Shown here: in pieces, positions 18,541 to 35,269 of the stretch
Layout: each line of letters opens with the position of its first letter
How positions within the stretch are numbered: the stretch's first letter is position 1
The notes under the pieces: model-generated
Told to the model about the DNA's origin: nothing
What the model saw: the letters and a program-made list of their open reading frames with translations, nothing else
Database searches by the model: none
Source of the DNA: the human T2T-CHM13v2.0 reference genome, Homo sapiens
Assembly: GCF_009914755.1 (NCBI RefSeq)
Contig: NC_060947.1
Strand: one strand, 5' to 3'
DNA: 64,000 nucleotides
Program-made: the position numbers and the translations under genes

Positions 18541-19594
18541 CAGAAGAATGTTGCCAAGGGACCGCCACTGTGTATGAACTGAAAAGGTTCCCTAAGAATG
18601 CGGCCAAGGGACTGCTGCCGTGTACACACTGAAGACGCTCCCTAAGAATGCAACTAAAAGACAACACTGAAGACGTTCCCTAGGCATGTGGCTAAGAAAC
18701 CACTGCCATGTACACATTGAAGACATTCCCTAAGTATGTGGCTAAGGCACCACTGCCATGTACACACTGAAGACGTTCCCTAAGTATGTGGTTAAGGGAC
18801 TGCCGCCATATACACACTGAAGATGTTCACTAAGCAGGTGACTAAGGGATCGCCGCCATGTACTCACTGAAGACGTTCACTAAGCATACGGCCAAGGGAC
18901 TGCCGCCGTGTACACACTGAAGACATTCCCTAAGAATGTGGCTAAGGGACCGCCGCCATGTACACACTGAAGATGTTCCCAAAAAATGTGGCCAAGGGAC
19001 TGCTGCCATGTGCACATTGAAGACGTTCCCTAAGCAGGTGGCTAAGGGACCACCACCATGTACACACTGAAGACGTTCCCTAAGAATGCAGCCAAGGGAC
19101 GGCACTGAAGACGTTCCCTAGGCATGTGGTCAAGGGACCGCACTGAAGATGTTCCCTAAGCATGTAGCCAAGGGACTGCCACCGTGTACACATTGAAGAC
19201 ATTCCCTACGAATGTGGATAAGGGACCTCCGCCATGTACACACTGAAGACGTTCCCTAACCATGCGCCCAAGGGACCTCCGCCATGTACACAGTGAAGAC
19301 GTTCCCGAAGAATGTGGCCAAGAGACCACCATGTACACACTGAAGATGTTCCCTAAGCATGTGGCCAATGGACCGCACTGATGACGTTCCCTACGCATGC
19401 GGCCAACGGACTGCCACTGTGTACGCGCGGAAGACATTCCCTAATAATGTGGCTAAGGGACCACTGCCAAGTACACACTGAATATGTTCCCTGAGCATGT
19501 GGCCAAGGGACGGCCGTCATGTACACATTGAAGACGTTCCCTAAGAATGTGGCCAAGGGACCACCACCTTGTACACAGTGAAGACGTTCCAAAG
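18541..19594 (+). repeat. 50/38-bp minisatellite array S2
   Basis: Same unit as S1. Confidence 0.95.
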
Positions 19595-21519
19595 GTCCAG
19601 TCATGGGCCTGCGAAACATCAGAGGAAAGAATGGTGTACAGGATCTAGTCATCCCACCACTGGGTGTGTACCCATCAATGGGATACCTGCCCCACTGTGC
19701 ACTGCAGCACTACTCAGTTTCCAAGAGACGGAATAAACCCATGTGTCAATCAACAGATGAGTGCATCAAACAAATGTGGCATAGACACACACTGGAATAG
19801 TATGGAGCCATGAAAAAGGAAATCCTGTCATTTGCAGCAACATGGATGGGACTGGAAGATACAAGGTGAAGTGAAATGAAACAGGCACAGAGAGACAAAT
19901 ACCATATCATCGCATATGTAGAATATAAAAAAGCTGAACACATAAATGCAGAGGGTACAATGGTTGTTGCCAGCAAAGAATGCTGAAGTGTTTGTCAAAG
20001 AACACAAAATTTCAGTTGCTGGCCAAAAGCGGTGGCTCATGTCTGGAATCACAATGCTATGGAAGGCTGAGGAAGGAGGATCACTTGAGGCCAGGAGTTT
20101 GAGATAAGCCTGGGCAACAGAATGAAACCCCATCTCTAAAAAAAAAAAACAAAAAATTAGCTGGGTATGGTGGCATGCACCTGTACTCCCAGCTACATGG
20201 GAGGCTGAGGCAGGAGGATCGCTTCAGCCCAGGAATTCAAGACCAGCCTGAGCAACATAGCAAGACACCATCTCTACAAAAAATTTAAAAATTAACCAGG
20301 TGTGGTGGTGTGCACCTGTACTCCCAGCTACCTGGGAGGCTGAGGTGGGAGGGTCACCTGAGCCATGACTTGGAGGCTGCCGAGAGCTATGAACATGATG
20401 CTGTACTCCAGCCTGGCTATAGGGTGAGACTGTCTCAAAAAATACATAAATTACATTAAAATTAATTTTTTTCAGTTAGATAAAACAAATAAATTCCAAG
20501 ATCTATCACACCACAGTGATGATAGTTAATAATACATCGCGTCTTTCACAATGACTAAAAGTAGATTTGACATATTCTCCCCACAAAAAAAACTAGGTGA
20601 GGTGATATAGGTCAGAGTTAGGATTATGTGAATATGTTAATTAGCTTGATTGTTAATATGTTAATTAGCTTGGTTAATACGTTATTAGCTTTATTTTAAT
20701 ATGTTAATTAACTTTATTGTTAATATGGTAACTAGCTTGATTTAATCATTGCACAATGTGTACTTGGATTAAAACATTACATTGTACCATATATATGTAT
20801 ACAATTATTTTTTGTTAACGAAAAATAAATTTTCTATAAAAATGACTTGCATTTCCAGGCAGAAAGCAAAACAAGTCCCAGTTTCGAGGACAGCTGTGAT
20901 ATATTTAACAGTGTCTCCTCTTAATTCAACACAGTTTATATGACCATGACACAAGGGGTTCCAAGTTTCCAAGGAAAGGATTCCAGTTATGTGCTCAAGG
21001 TGTATCCACACTGGGCCGGGCGCTGTGACTCACGCCTGTCATCCCAGCACTTTGGGAGGCTGAGGCGGGTGGATCACCTGAGGTCAGGAGTTCCAGACCA
21101 GCCTGACCAATATGCTGAAACGCTGTGTCTACTAAAAATACAAAAATTAGCCAGGTGTGGTGGCAGGCACCTGTAATCCCAGCTACTCAGGAGGCTGAGG
21201 CAGGAGAATTGCTTCAACCCGGGAGATGTTGGCTGCAGTGAGCCGAGATTGAGCTATTGCACTCCGGCCTGGGCAACAAGAGAGAAACTCCGTCTCAAAA
21301 AAAAAAAAAGACATATTCATGTTGAGATTTCTACACTGTGAAAAAAGATCTCCAATAGTGTGCATCAGGCACCCCAAAAATTCCCAATTCTATTAACCAA
21401 TCAAATCTACTAGGAAATTGCAATTGGAATGACTCCACGGTTTCCCAGAAAGGCCAACACCATTCTAATAGAAAGCATTCACTGTTTTTATGCAAATCAT
21501 TTCATCCATACCTCAAAAC

Positions 21520-22233
<714 letters not shown>

Positions 22234-22349
22234 AGGCCGGGAGCAGTGATTCCTAATCCCAGCACTTTGGGAGGGCAAGGCGGGTGGATCACTTGAGGCC
22301 AGGAGTTCGAGACCACCCTGACCAACATGATGAAACCCTGTCACTACTA

Positions 22350-22508
<159 letters not shown>

Positions 22509-23042
22509 TCAAAAAAAAAAAAAAAAAAAACAATAAAAAGCACACACAAAACACTGTATGCTTCTATGGGGAACATTTTACTGATTTTTTTTTAACTCTT
22601 TTAAAATGTTAGATTAGTGTCTTAGGAAATCAGGGATTTCCAGAGGCAGGACTTCACGACACCAACGTTGAGTGTCAAAAGGATTCCTTTCAATGTAGAA
22701 GGTGCATGCCTGCTCTGGGCTTCCACAAATCCCCGAGACTTAATAAGACACCTGGCTCCGTCACTGATCAAAGAATGGGTACCACGACTTAGCATCCACT
22801 GCAAAGCTCCATGGTGCCTAGCTTTAGCCAGTTTGTTCACAGCCGTGATTAAGGTGTCCACAGCATCCTCACCAGCCTCAGGAACAGGGCACAGTCAACT
22901 CACCACAGGGGTGACCCCAGAAACAAGAGACACGACTGTAACAGGGACAATGTGCGGGACGCCAAAAACCAGAACAAGAGACAGGAATATTATAACAGGG
23001 ACAAAGTCGACACCACATGGAAGATGGATGACTCATTTGTCA

Positions 23043-23519
<477 letters not shown>

Positions 23520-23910
23520 CTACACGAATATAAAGAAACACACTAGAAGTCTCTGATGGGATGGGGGCATCTCCAGAAATCCGAAGATTCAGGTTCTGAA
23601 TCTCTGATCTGAGTGCGGCTGGGGAGCTGCTGTTCCAGAAAGCAAATGAAACTTTGGCTGTGATTCAGACCATTTCTTGGTAGCAAGGGTGTAGGGAAAG
23701 AAGGATGTGGACCGTGCAGGAGAAGGAATGAATGGGGTCAGGACAGTGGCTGGAGAATGTCTGAGATGGCCACGTGCAGAGAGGAGCAGGCTGGCTGTGT
23801 CTCTCACTGTGCCTGGGATGGGTGGTGACAGATGAGTGGGATTCCACATGATAGAGACACCCAATGAAGAAATAAAAGCAGCTTACAGGGAGCAAATGAC
23901 ACAGACACTC

Positions 23911-25032
23911 AGAAGAAAGTGGCCAAGGGATCGTCCCCATGTATGAACTGAAGACGTTTTCTAAGAATGTGGCCAAGGGTCCACACTGAAGATGATCCCT
24001 AAGAATGTGGCCAAGGGACCACCACCATGTAGGCACTGAAGACGTTCCCTAAGAATGTGGCAGCGGGATGGCCACTGTGTAGAAACTGAAGATGTTCCCT
24101 AAGGATGTGGCCAAGGGACCACCACCATGTACACACTGAAGACGTTCCCTAAGTATGTGGCGCAAGGGACCTCTGCTGTGTGCACACTGAAGACGTTCCC
24201 TAAGCATGTGGCTAAGGGACTGCTACCATTTACACACTGAAGACATTCCCTAAGATGCAGCCAAGGGACAGCACTCAAGACATTCCCTAGGCATGTGGCC
24301 AAGGGACCGCCACCATGTAAACACTGAAGACGTTCCCTAAGCCTGTGGCTAAGGGACAGCCGCCATGTACACACTGAAGACATCCCCTAAGAATGCCGCA
24401 AAAGAACCGCCACCGTGGACATGCTGAAGATGGTTCCCCTAAGCATGTGGTTAAAGGACTGCCGCCCTGTACACACTGAAGACGTTCCCTAAGAATGTGG
24501 CCAAGGGACTGCCACCATGTACACACTGAAGACGTTCCCTAAGCATGTGGCCCAAGGGACAGCCACGGTGTGCACACTGAAGACGTTCCCTAAGCTTGTG
24601 GCTAAGGGACCACCACCATGTACACACTGAAGACGTTCCCTAAGAAAGCAGCCAAGAGACGGCAGGGAATATGTTCCGTAAGCATGTAGCCAAGGGACCG
24701 CCACCAAGTACAAACTGAAGACATTCCCTAAGCTTGTGGCTAAGGGACCACCGCAGTGTGCACACTGAAGACGTTCCCTAAGAATGCGGCCAAGGGACTG
24801 CCGCCATGTACACACTAAAGACATTCCCGAAGAATTAGGACTAGGGACTGCCACCGTGTACACACTGAAGACATTCGGGAAGAATGTGGCTAAGGGACTG
24901 CTGCCAGCTACACACTGAAGATGTTTCCTAAGCATGTGGTCAAGAGACCAACATCGTGTACACACTGCAGACGTTCCCTAAGAATGTGGCCAAGGGACCC
25001 CCACCTTGTACAAAGTGAAGACGTTCCCTAAG
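23911..25032 (+). repeat. 50/38-bp minisatellite array S3
   Basis: Same unit as S1. Confidence 0.95.
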
Positions 25033-26284
25033 GTCCAGCCATTGGCCTGCAAAACATCAGAGCAAAGAATGTTGTGCAGGATCCAGTCATCCCACCGCTC
25101 GGTGTGTACCCAAAGGAAAGGAAATCTGCCCATCAATGGCATACCTGCACCCCCTGTGCACTGCAGCACTACTAATAGTTTCCAAGATATAGAATCAACC
25201 CATGTTCAATCAACAGATAAGTGCATCAAGCGAATGTGGCATAGACACACAATGGAATGGTATGCAGCCATGAAAAAGGAAATCCTACCATTTGCAGCAA
25301 CATGGGTGGGACTGAAAGATACAATGTGAAGTGAAATGAACCAGGCACAGAGAGACAAATATCGTATCATCTCATAGGTAGAATCTAAAAAAGCTGAACG
25401 CATAAACGCAGAGAGTGCAATGGTGGTTGCCAGGGAAGAATGCTTCATGAAGTGTTTGGCAAAGAACATAACATTTCAGTTGGAGGCCAGGAGCGGTGGC
25501 TCATGTCTGGAATCACAATGCTATGGAAGGCTGAGGAAGGAGGATCACAGAAGGCCAGGAGTTTGAGAGAAGCCTGGGCAACATAATGAAACCCCATCTC
25601 TAAAAATAAAAAAAAATGAAAAAATTAGCTAGATATGGTGGCATGCACCTGCAGTCCCAGCTACTTGGGAGGCTGAGGCAGAAGGATCACTTCTGCCCAG
25701 GAATTCAAGACCAGCCTGAGCAACATAGCAAGACCCCATCTCTACAAAACTTTAAAAATTAACCAGGTGTGGTGGTGTGCACCTGTAGTCCCAGCTACCT
25801 GGGAGGCTCAGGTGGGAGGGTCACCTGTGCCAGGAGTTGGAGGCTGCCATGAGCTATGAACATGACGCTGCACTCCAGCCTGGGTGATAGAGGGTGAGAC
25901 TGTCTCAAAAACATAAATTACATTAAAATTAAATTTTTTCAGTTACATAAAAGAAATAAATTCAAAGTTCTATCATACCACACAGTGATTATAGTTAATA
26001 ATAATACATTGCATCTTTCAAAATGACTAAAACTAGATTTTACATATTCTCATCACCAAAAAAACGAAGTGAGGTGATATAGGTTAGAGTTAGGGTTATC
26101 TGAATATGTAAATTAGCTTGTTAATATGTTAATTAGCTTGATTGTTAATATGTTAATTAGGTCAATGGTTAATATGTTAATTCACTTAATTATTAATGTT
26201 AATTAGCTTCATTGCTAATATGGTAACTAGCTTGGTTTAATCACTGCACAATGTGTACTTGGATTAAAACATCATATTGTACCA

Positions 26285-26313
26285 TAGAGAGAGAGAGAGA
26301 GAGAATGTGTGTC

Positions 26314-26359
<46 letters not shown>

Positions 26360-26386
26360 TACAATATATATATACACACACACACA
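26285..26386. repeat. Compound (GA)/(GT)/(TA)/(CA) microsatellite, expanded only in this copy of module A
   Basis: Directly visible; other A copies have only 'atatatatgtatac'. Confidence 0.9.
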
Positions 26387-26659
26387 ATTATTTTTTGTTA
26401 ACGAACAATAAATTTTCTATAAAAGTGACTCCCATTTCCAGGCAGAAAGCAAAACAAGACCCAGTTTTGAGGACAGCTATGACATATTTAACGGTGTCTC
26501 CTCTTAATTCAATACAGTTTATATGACTATGTTCCAAGGGGCTCCAAGTTGTCAAGGAAAGGATTCCAGTTATGTGCTCAAGGTGTATCTACACTGGGCC
26601 GGGCGCGGTGGCTCACGCCTGTCATCCCAGCACTTTGGGAGGCTGAGGCAGGTGGATCA

Positions 26660-26962
<303 letters not shown>

Positions 26963-27259
26963 TCACAAAGCGGCGAGTGTTCCCAGTTATTACTCGGAGG
27001 GCCGGGCCTGCTCAGGAGGGTTGGTGAGATCAGGCTGTCCCCTAACACACACCATGGCAGGGCTCATCCTCCTGAGTACATGCAAGGTGCACTGAGCCGG
27101 CTCCCCATGGAACTCCAAAAATAGCCCAGCTGGGAAGAAATGGAACGTTCTGGGGGACACTGATTTTCACATTGAAATTTCCTATCTTTTTAAATTTATT
27201 TTGGTTGAGACAGTCGCCCAGGCTATTGCCCAGCCTGGAGTGCAGTGGCATGATCGTAG

Positions 27260-27672
<413 letters not shown>

Positions 27673-29182
27673 TAGGCACAGGATCTCGCTGTTTGCCCAG
27701 GCTGATCTCAAACTCCTGGTCTCAAAAATCATCCTCCTGCCTCAGCCTCCCAAAGTGCTGGGATGACAGGTGTGAGCCATTGTGCCCGGCCTCATACCAT
27801 TTTTGAATCATGAAACTTTATTATTCTTTGCAGTTTTTCCCCCAAGAATTTAGACATGTAAGAAGCAAACCAACACCTTTTAAAACTTAAACATAATTCC
27901 TAGCTTGTGGATCCAGTTTTGGAAGCGATTTAAATTCTAGAAAGCCTGCAGTAAACTGGCTATTTGATACGTTCTCAGAGTTCCTGCCTTTCCAGTTAAA
28001 CACAAATAAAATAGGAGTCCGGTGACCTCGAACACCCCAGGGTAAGAACGCACAAGCTAAAAGCCAGTTGGAGCCTGAATGTGAAAAGGCAATCGTTCCT
28101 TCTGCATCAAAACATCTGCACCCACGGGTCCACCCGTCAGCCAAAAGCCACCTCAGCAATGCTACCAAAACAGGGAAAAGAAAGGCTACCCTCTTTCTTT
28201 CATGCAAGCCCTCTAAGATAACGCACAACCTACTAGCTCACGTAAATTAGGGCACAAAGAACCCAACTGAAATCCCGGCAGAACAAGCACAACTTCTGCT
28301 TAATCATGAACTTATTTATTTATTTAGAGACAGGGTGTCTCTCACTCTGGTGCCCAGGCTGCACGACAGTGATGCAATCTCAGCTCACTGCAGCCTCGAC
28401 TTTGTGGGCTCCAGTGATCCTCCCACCTCAGCCACCCAGGTAGCTGTGACCACACACGCGTGGCACCATGTTTGGCGAATTTTTATTTTTATAATTTTAG
28501 ACACAGCATCTCTCGCTTGGTTTCCCAGGCTGTGATCACAGCTCACTGCAGCCTCCAACTCCCACGCTCAAGTGATCCTCCCACCTCTGCCTCCTCAGTA
28601 GCTGGGACTACAGGCACGCTCTCACTTTTTGTATTTTTAGTAGAGATGAGGTTTGGCCATGTTACCCAGGCTGGTCTCAAACTCCTGGGCTCAAGCGATC
28701 CACCGGCCTCGGCCTCCCAAAGTGCTGGGATCACAGGCATGAGAGCCACCGCGGCTGGCCATGCAGCTGTTTTAATAAGCAATTCTGAGAAGACACAAAT
28801 GCCACTCTGCTCTTTTGTGATAATATTAACACAGATTACTGAATTACAGTGACAAAAACTTCATATGTATTACCTAAGGAAACACAGAGCCCCCAGTGTT
28901 AGATCTGAACTCTTTCTCCACCCAGGACGAATAAGTGGATTCCAATTAGTGCCTCAAAAAAAAAAAAAAAGAAAAAAGTAGCAAGAAAAAAAAAGAACAG
29001 TAGAGCAGTTTCCACAAACGCCAGCCCTTATTTTTGGAAGGCCCACTTGCCAAGAACAATGTTTACTTGTCAAAAACAGTGTTGACGTTCATAAATGTTT
29101 TTTTCTGAATTTCTCAACGGTTAAGGGAAAAAAAGGCAAAAGAGCAATAATATTTCTTGACACAACATTTATATAAAATTTA

Positions 29183-29368
<186 letters not shown>

Positions 29369-30623
29369 CTAGAAACAACTTTCAGGCAATTTCCACAAAA
29401 GTTACATGTCAGAAACAGGAAAGGTGGGCTTCCCCAGGTACTGCAAACCACCTATATTTTGCCATGACCAGGAATTTTTTATAAGCCCAAGTCCCACGTG
29501 TATTTTACAGCACTAATATTAACCTTCAAAACACGGAGGGTTTCTGTGTCTCCTCCTTCTTGGAAAATTTATCAAATTAAAAAAAAAAAGCTTAACTATT
29601 ACTGCATTTTTTTAAAGAATGGTATTTGCTACAATCTGAAAGTTTGTGTTCCTCCCCCAAATTCCTGCATTGAAATCCTCACCCCTAAGACAATGGTGTC
29701 AGGAGGTGGGAGACTTGGGAGGTGATGACTTCATGGGGATCAAGCCTCATGAATAGGATCACTGTCCTTATAAAAGGAGCCCCAGAGAGCTCCCTCGCCC
29801 TTTCCACCATGTGAGCAGGCAGAGAAAATGCGTCGTCTATGAACCAGGGAGTGCATCCCCACCACACACTGAATCTGCCATGATCTTGAACCTCCAGCCT
29901 TCAGAACTGTGAGTGATAAATGTCTCTAGTTTATAAATTACCCAACTGAAGGTATTTTATTTTAGCAGCTCCCTACTCAGAGAGGCTGTGGCAGGAGAAT
30001 CGCTTGAACATGGGAGGCGGAGGTTGCAGTGACCTGAGATCACACCACTGCACTCCGGCCTGGGCGACACAGCAAGACTCCGTCTCAAAACAACAACAAC
30101 AACAGTTGGATCAAGAATGAAAGGTGCACGAAGGCAGTGATGAATGGAAGCCCCTTCCACCCTGGGCCCTGGAACTGCACAGGCCACCTTCTAAGGTTGC
30201 TCTCCTGTCATCCTCCCAAGTCTACACGGATATAAAGAAACACACTAGAGGTCTCTGATGCGATGGGGGCATCTCCAGAAATCCGAAGATTCAGGTTCTC
30301 AACCTCTGATCTGGGTGGGGGTGGGGAGCTGCAATTCCAGAAAGCAAAGGAAGCCTTGGCTGTGATTCAGACCATTTCTTGGTATCAAGCGTGTAGGGGA
30401 AGAAGGATGTGGACAAGGGAAAGAGAAGGAATGAATGCGGTCAGGACGCTGGCTGGAGAATGTCTGGGATGGTGACGTGCAGAGAGGAGCAGGCTGGCTG
30501 CGTCTCTCACTGTGCCTGGGACAGGCGGTGACAGAGGAAAGGGATTCCACATGAGAGTCAGAGACACCCAATGAAGAAAAAAAAGCAGCTTACAGGGTGA
30601 AAAGGACACAGACACAGACACGC

Positions 30624-31954
30624 AGAAGAATGTGGCCAAGGGATCGCCACCGAGTACGAACTGAAGACGTTTTCTAAGAATGGGTCCAAGGGACTGCCAC
30701 TGTATGCACTGAAGACGTTCGGAAAGCATGTGGCCAAAGGACCACTGCTGTGTACACACTGAAGACATTCGCTAAGAATATGGCTAAGAGACGGCCACCT
30801 GTACACACTGGAGACGTTCCCTAAGTATGTGGCTAAGGGACCACCGCCATGTACACACTGAAGATGTTCCCTAAGTACGTGGCTAAGGGACGGCCGCCAT
30901 GTACGCACTGAAGACGCTCCCTAAGAATGCAGCGAAGAGATGGCAGACGTTTCCTAGGCATGTGGCTAAGGGACCGCCGTGTACACACTTAAGACATTCC
31001 CTAAGCACGTGGCCCAAGGGACCATTGCCCTTTGCACATTGAAGACGATCCCTAAGCTTGGGTTAAGGGACCGCTGCCATGTACACACTGAAGAGGTTCC
31101 CTAGCAATCCGGCCAAGGGCCGCTGATGTGCACACACTGAAGACGTTCCCTAAGTGTGTGGCTAAGGGACTGCTACCATATACACACTGAAGATGTTCCC
31201 TAAGAATGTGGGTAAGGGACCGCCGCCATGTTCGCACTGAAGACGCTCCCTAAGAATGCGTCCAGGGGACTGCTGCCGTGTGCACACTGAAGATGTTCCC
31301 TAAGAATGTGGGTAAGGGACCCCCGCCATGTTCGCACTGAAGACGCTCCCTAAGAATGCGTCCAGGGGACAGCTGCCGTGTGCACACTGAAGATGTTCCC
31401 TAAGTATGTGGCTAAGGGAAGGCAGCCATGTACACACTGAAGACGTTCCCTAAGAATGCAGCCAAGGGAGGGCACTGAAGACGTTCCCTAGGCATGTGGC
31501 CAAGGGACCGCCACCTTATACACACTGAAGACGTTCCCTAAGCTTACGGCTAAGGGACCGCTGACATGTACACACTGAAGACGTTCTGTAACAATGCAGC
31601 CAAGGAACGGCCACCATGTACACACTGAAGAATTCCCTAAGCATGTGGCGCAAGGGACTGATACCATGTGCACAATGAAGATGTTCCCTAACCATAGGCC
31701 AACAGACTGCCACTGTGTAAATACTTAAGACATTCCCTAAGAATGGGGCTAAGGGACCCCCGCCATGTACACACTGAAGACGTTCCCTAAGAATGCAGTC
31801 ACAGGATGGCACCGAAGACGTTCCCTAGGCATATGGCCAAGGGACCTCACTGAAGACGTTCCCTAAGCATGCGGCCCAGGGACAGCCACCGTGTACACAC
31901 TGAAGACATTCCCAAAGCATGTGGCCAAGGGAACAAACTGAAGACGTTCCCTAA
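30624..31954 (+). repeat. 50/38-bp minisatellite array S4
   Basis: Same unit as S1. Confidence 0.95.
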
Positions 31955-33675
31955 TACAAAAGCTAAGACATTGTGGGTGTACCACACACTTCCTACAGCT
32001 GTGGGAAAATGAGGCTCTTCAGGGCGCCTCCATGACTAGCCACGAACCCAGCTAGGTGAGCCACGGAAAGAATGGCGTGTTGTAACTGCAGTAATTACCA
32101 AGACATAACAGGATCTAATCGCTTTCTAAATACATGGCTCCCTTAAGTCTCCCCATCCCTCCTCAATCACGCCAAAGAAGACCTGTTTAGCATACAAAAT
32201 CAAGCTGTGAGGAGTAAAACTTTGGCAATGTCATTTCATCACAGCACAGAGCCACTGTGAGTCCAGCACCTCTTATGAAAAGAAAACAGACGGCCAGGCA
32301 CCGTGGCTGACACCTGTCATCCGAGCACTTTGGGAGGCTGAGGCAGGTGGATCACTTGAGGCCAGGAGTTCGAAACCAGCCTGCCCAACAGGTGAAACCC
32401 CGTCTCTACTAAAAATACAAAAAAAAAGAAAAATCAGGGTGTAGGGGCAGGCACTTACAATCCCAGCTACTCCAGAGGCTGAGGCAGGAGAATTGCTTGA
32501 ACCCAGGAGATGATGGCTGCAGTGAGCCCAGATTCAGCCATTGCACTCTAGCCTGGGCAACAAGAGCAAAACTCCATCGCAAAAAAAAAAAAAAAAAGAG
32601 AAAAGAAAACAGACATATTCATGCTGAGATTTCTACACTGTGAAAAAATATCTGCAACAGGGCATCACGCACCCCAAAAATTCCCAATGCTCTTAGCTAA
32701 TCAAATCTACCAGGAAATTGCAATTCGAATGACTCCACAGTTTCCCAGAAAGGCAAACGCCATTCCAATAGAAAACATTCACTGCTTTTATGCACATTGT
32801 TACATCCATTCCTGAACACGACGCCTGTTACATCCATTCCTCAACAGGACGCCATGTAGACTGGATAAAGAAAGGGTGGAGCATATACACTATGGAATAC
32901 TATGGACCCATGAAAAAGAATGGGATTGGTTGGGCGTGGCGGCGCATGCCTGTAATCCCAGCACTTTGGGAGGCCGAGGCAGGCAGATTACCTGAGGTCG
33001 GTAGCTCAAGACCAGACTGGCCAACATGGAGAAGCCCCGTCTCTACTAAAAATACAAAATTAGCCCAGCGTGGTGGTATGCGCCTGTAATCTCAACGACT
33101 CAGTAGCCTGAGGCAGGAGAATCACTTGAACCCAGGAACAGGAGGTTGTGGTGAGCTGAGATCACACCACTGCACTCCAGCCTGGGCAACAAGAAGGAAA
33201 CCCAGTCTCAAAAGAAAAAGAAAAAAAGAAAACATGGGATGATGCCCTTTGCAGGAACATGCATGGAGGTGGAGGCCATTATCCTTAGCAAACTCACGTA
33301 GGAAAAGAAAACCAAATATCACCTGTTCTCACTCATAAACGGCAGCTAAACATTGGGTACTCATGGATACAAAGAAGGGAACAGCTGCAGGGGCATGCTG
33401 GAGGGTGGAGGGTGGGAGAAATGAGAGGATCGAAAAACTACCTATCAGGTGGTACTGGACTTATTACCTGCATGATGAAATAATCTGTTCACTAAGCCCC
33501 CAAGACATGCAATTTACCTGCGCACGTCCCCCTCAACCTGAAATCAAAGTGAAAAAAGTAGGCTGGGGGCGGTGATTCATAATCCCAGCCCTTTGGGAGG
33601 CCAAGGCGGGTGGATCACCTGAGGCAAGGAGTTCCAGACTACCCTGATCAACATGCTGAAACCCTGTCACTACTA

Positions 33676-33834
<159 letters not shown>

Positions 33835-35269
33835 TCAAAAAAAAAAAAAAAAACGCTACATGACTACATGTAACAGCTACTGGGAACATTTTATTGAAAT
33901 TTTTTAAGCCCTTTAAAATGTTAGGGTAGTGTCTTAGGAAATCAGGGATTTCCAAAGGCAGGACTTCACGACGCCAACTTGAGTGTGAGAAGGATTCCTT
34001 TCTACGTAGAAGGTGCATGCCTGCTCTAGGCTTCCACAAATCCCCGAGACCTAATAAGACATCTGGCTCCGTCACTGATCAAACAATGAGTACAACAGCT
34101 TAGCGTCCACTGCAAAGCTCCGTGGCAGTTAGCTCTAGTCAGTTTGTTCACAGCCGTGATTAAGGTGCCCACAGCATCCTCACCAGCCTCAGGAACGCGG
34201 CACAGTCAGCTCTCCACACGGGTGACCCCAGAAACAAGAGACAGGACTGTAACAGGGACAACGTGCGGCACACCAAACACCAGAAACAGGAGACCGGACT
34301 GAAACAGGGACAATGTGTGAGATGCCAAAAACCAGAACAAGAGACAGGAATATTATAACAGGGACAAAGTCCAGAGGACATGGAAGGTGGAAGACTCATG
34401 TGTCATAGGTGGAAACAGTTTATCTGTGAGTTGCAAACCAGGTGGATCAAGAATAAAAAGTGCAGCCGGACGTGGTGGCTCACACCTGTAATCCCAGCAC
34501 TTTGGGAGGCCAAGGTGGATGGATCACCTGAGGTCAGGGGTTTGAGACCAGCCTGACCAACATGGAGAAACCTCATCTCTACTAAAAATATAAAATTAGC
34601 CAGGCATGGTGGTGCATGCCCGTACTCCCAGCCACTCAGGAGAATCGCTTGAACCCAGGAGGCGGGGAGGTTGCAGGGAGCTGAGATCACACCACTGCAC
34701 TCCAGCCTGGGCGACACAGTAAAACTCCGTCTCAAAAAAAAAAAAAAAAAATGTTGGACCAAGAATGAAAGGTGCACAAATGCAGCCAGGGATGGAAGCC
34801 CCTTCCACCCTGGGCCCTGGAACTGCACAGGCCACCTTCTAAGGTTTCTCTCCTGTCATCCTCCCAAGTCTACACGAATATAAAGAATCACACTAGAAGT
34901 CTCTGATGCGATGGGGGCATCTCCAGAAATCCGAAGATTCAGGTTCTGAACCTCTGATCTGGGTGGGCTGGGGAGCTGCAGTTCCAGAAAGCAAAGGAAG
35001 CCTGTGATGTGATTCAGACCATTTCTTGGTAGCAAGGGTGTAGGGGAAGAAGGATGTGGACCGGGCAGGGGAAGGAATGAATGCGGTCAGGACGCTGGCT
35101 GGAGAATGTCTGAGATGGCCACTTGCAGAGAGGAGCAGGCTGGCTGCGTCTCTCACTGTGCCTGGGATGGTCGCTGACAGAGGAAACGGATACCACATAA
35201 GAGTCAGAGACACCCAATGAAGAAACAAAAGCAGTTTACAGGATGAAAAGTACACAGACACGGACACTC

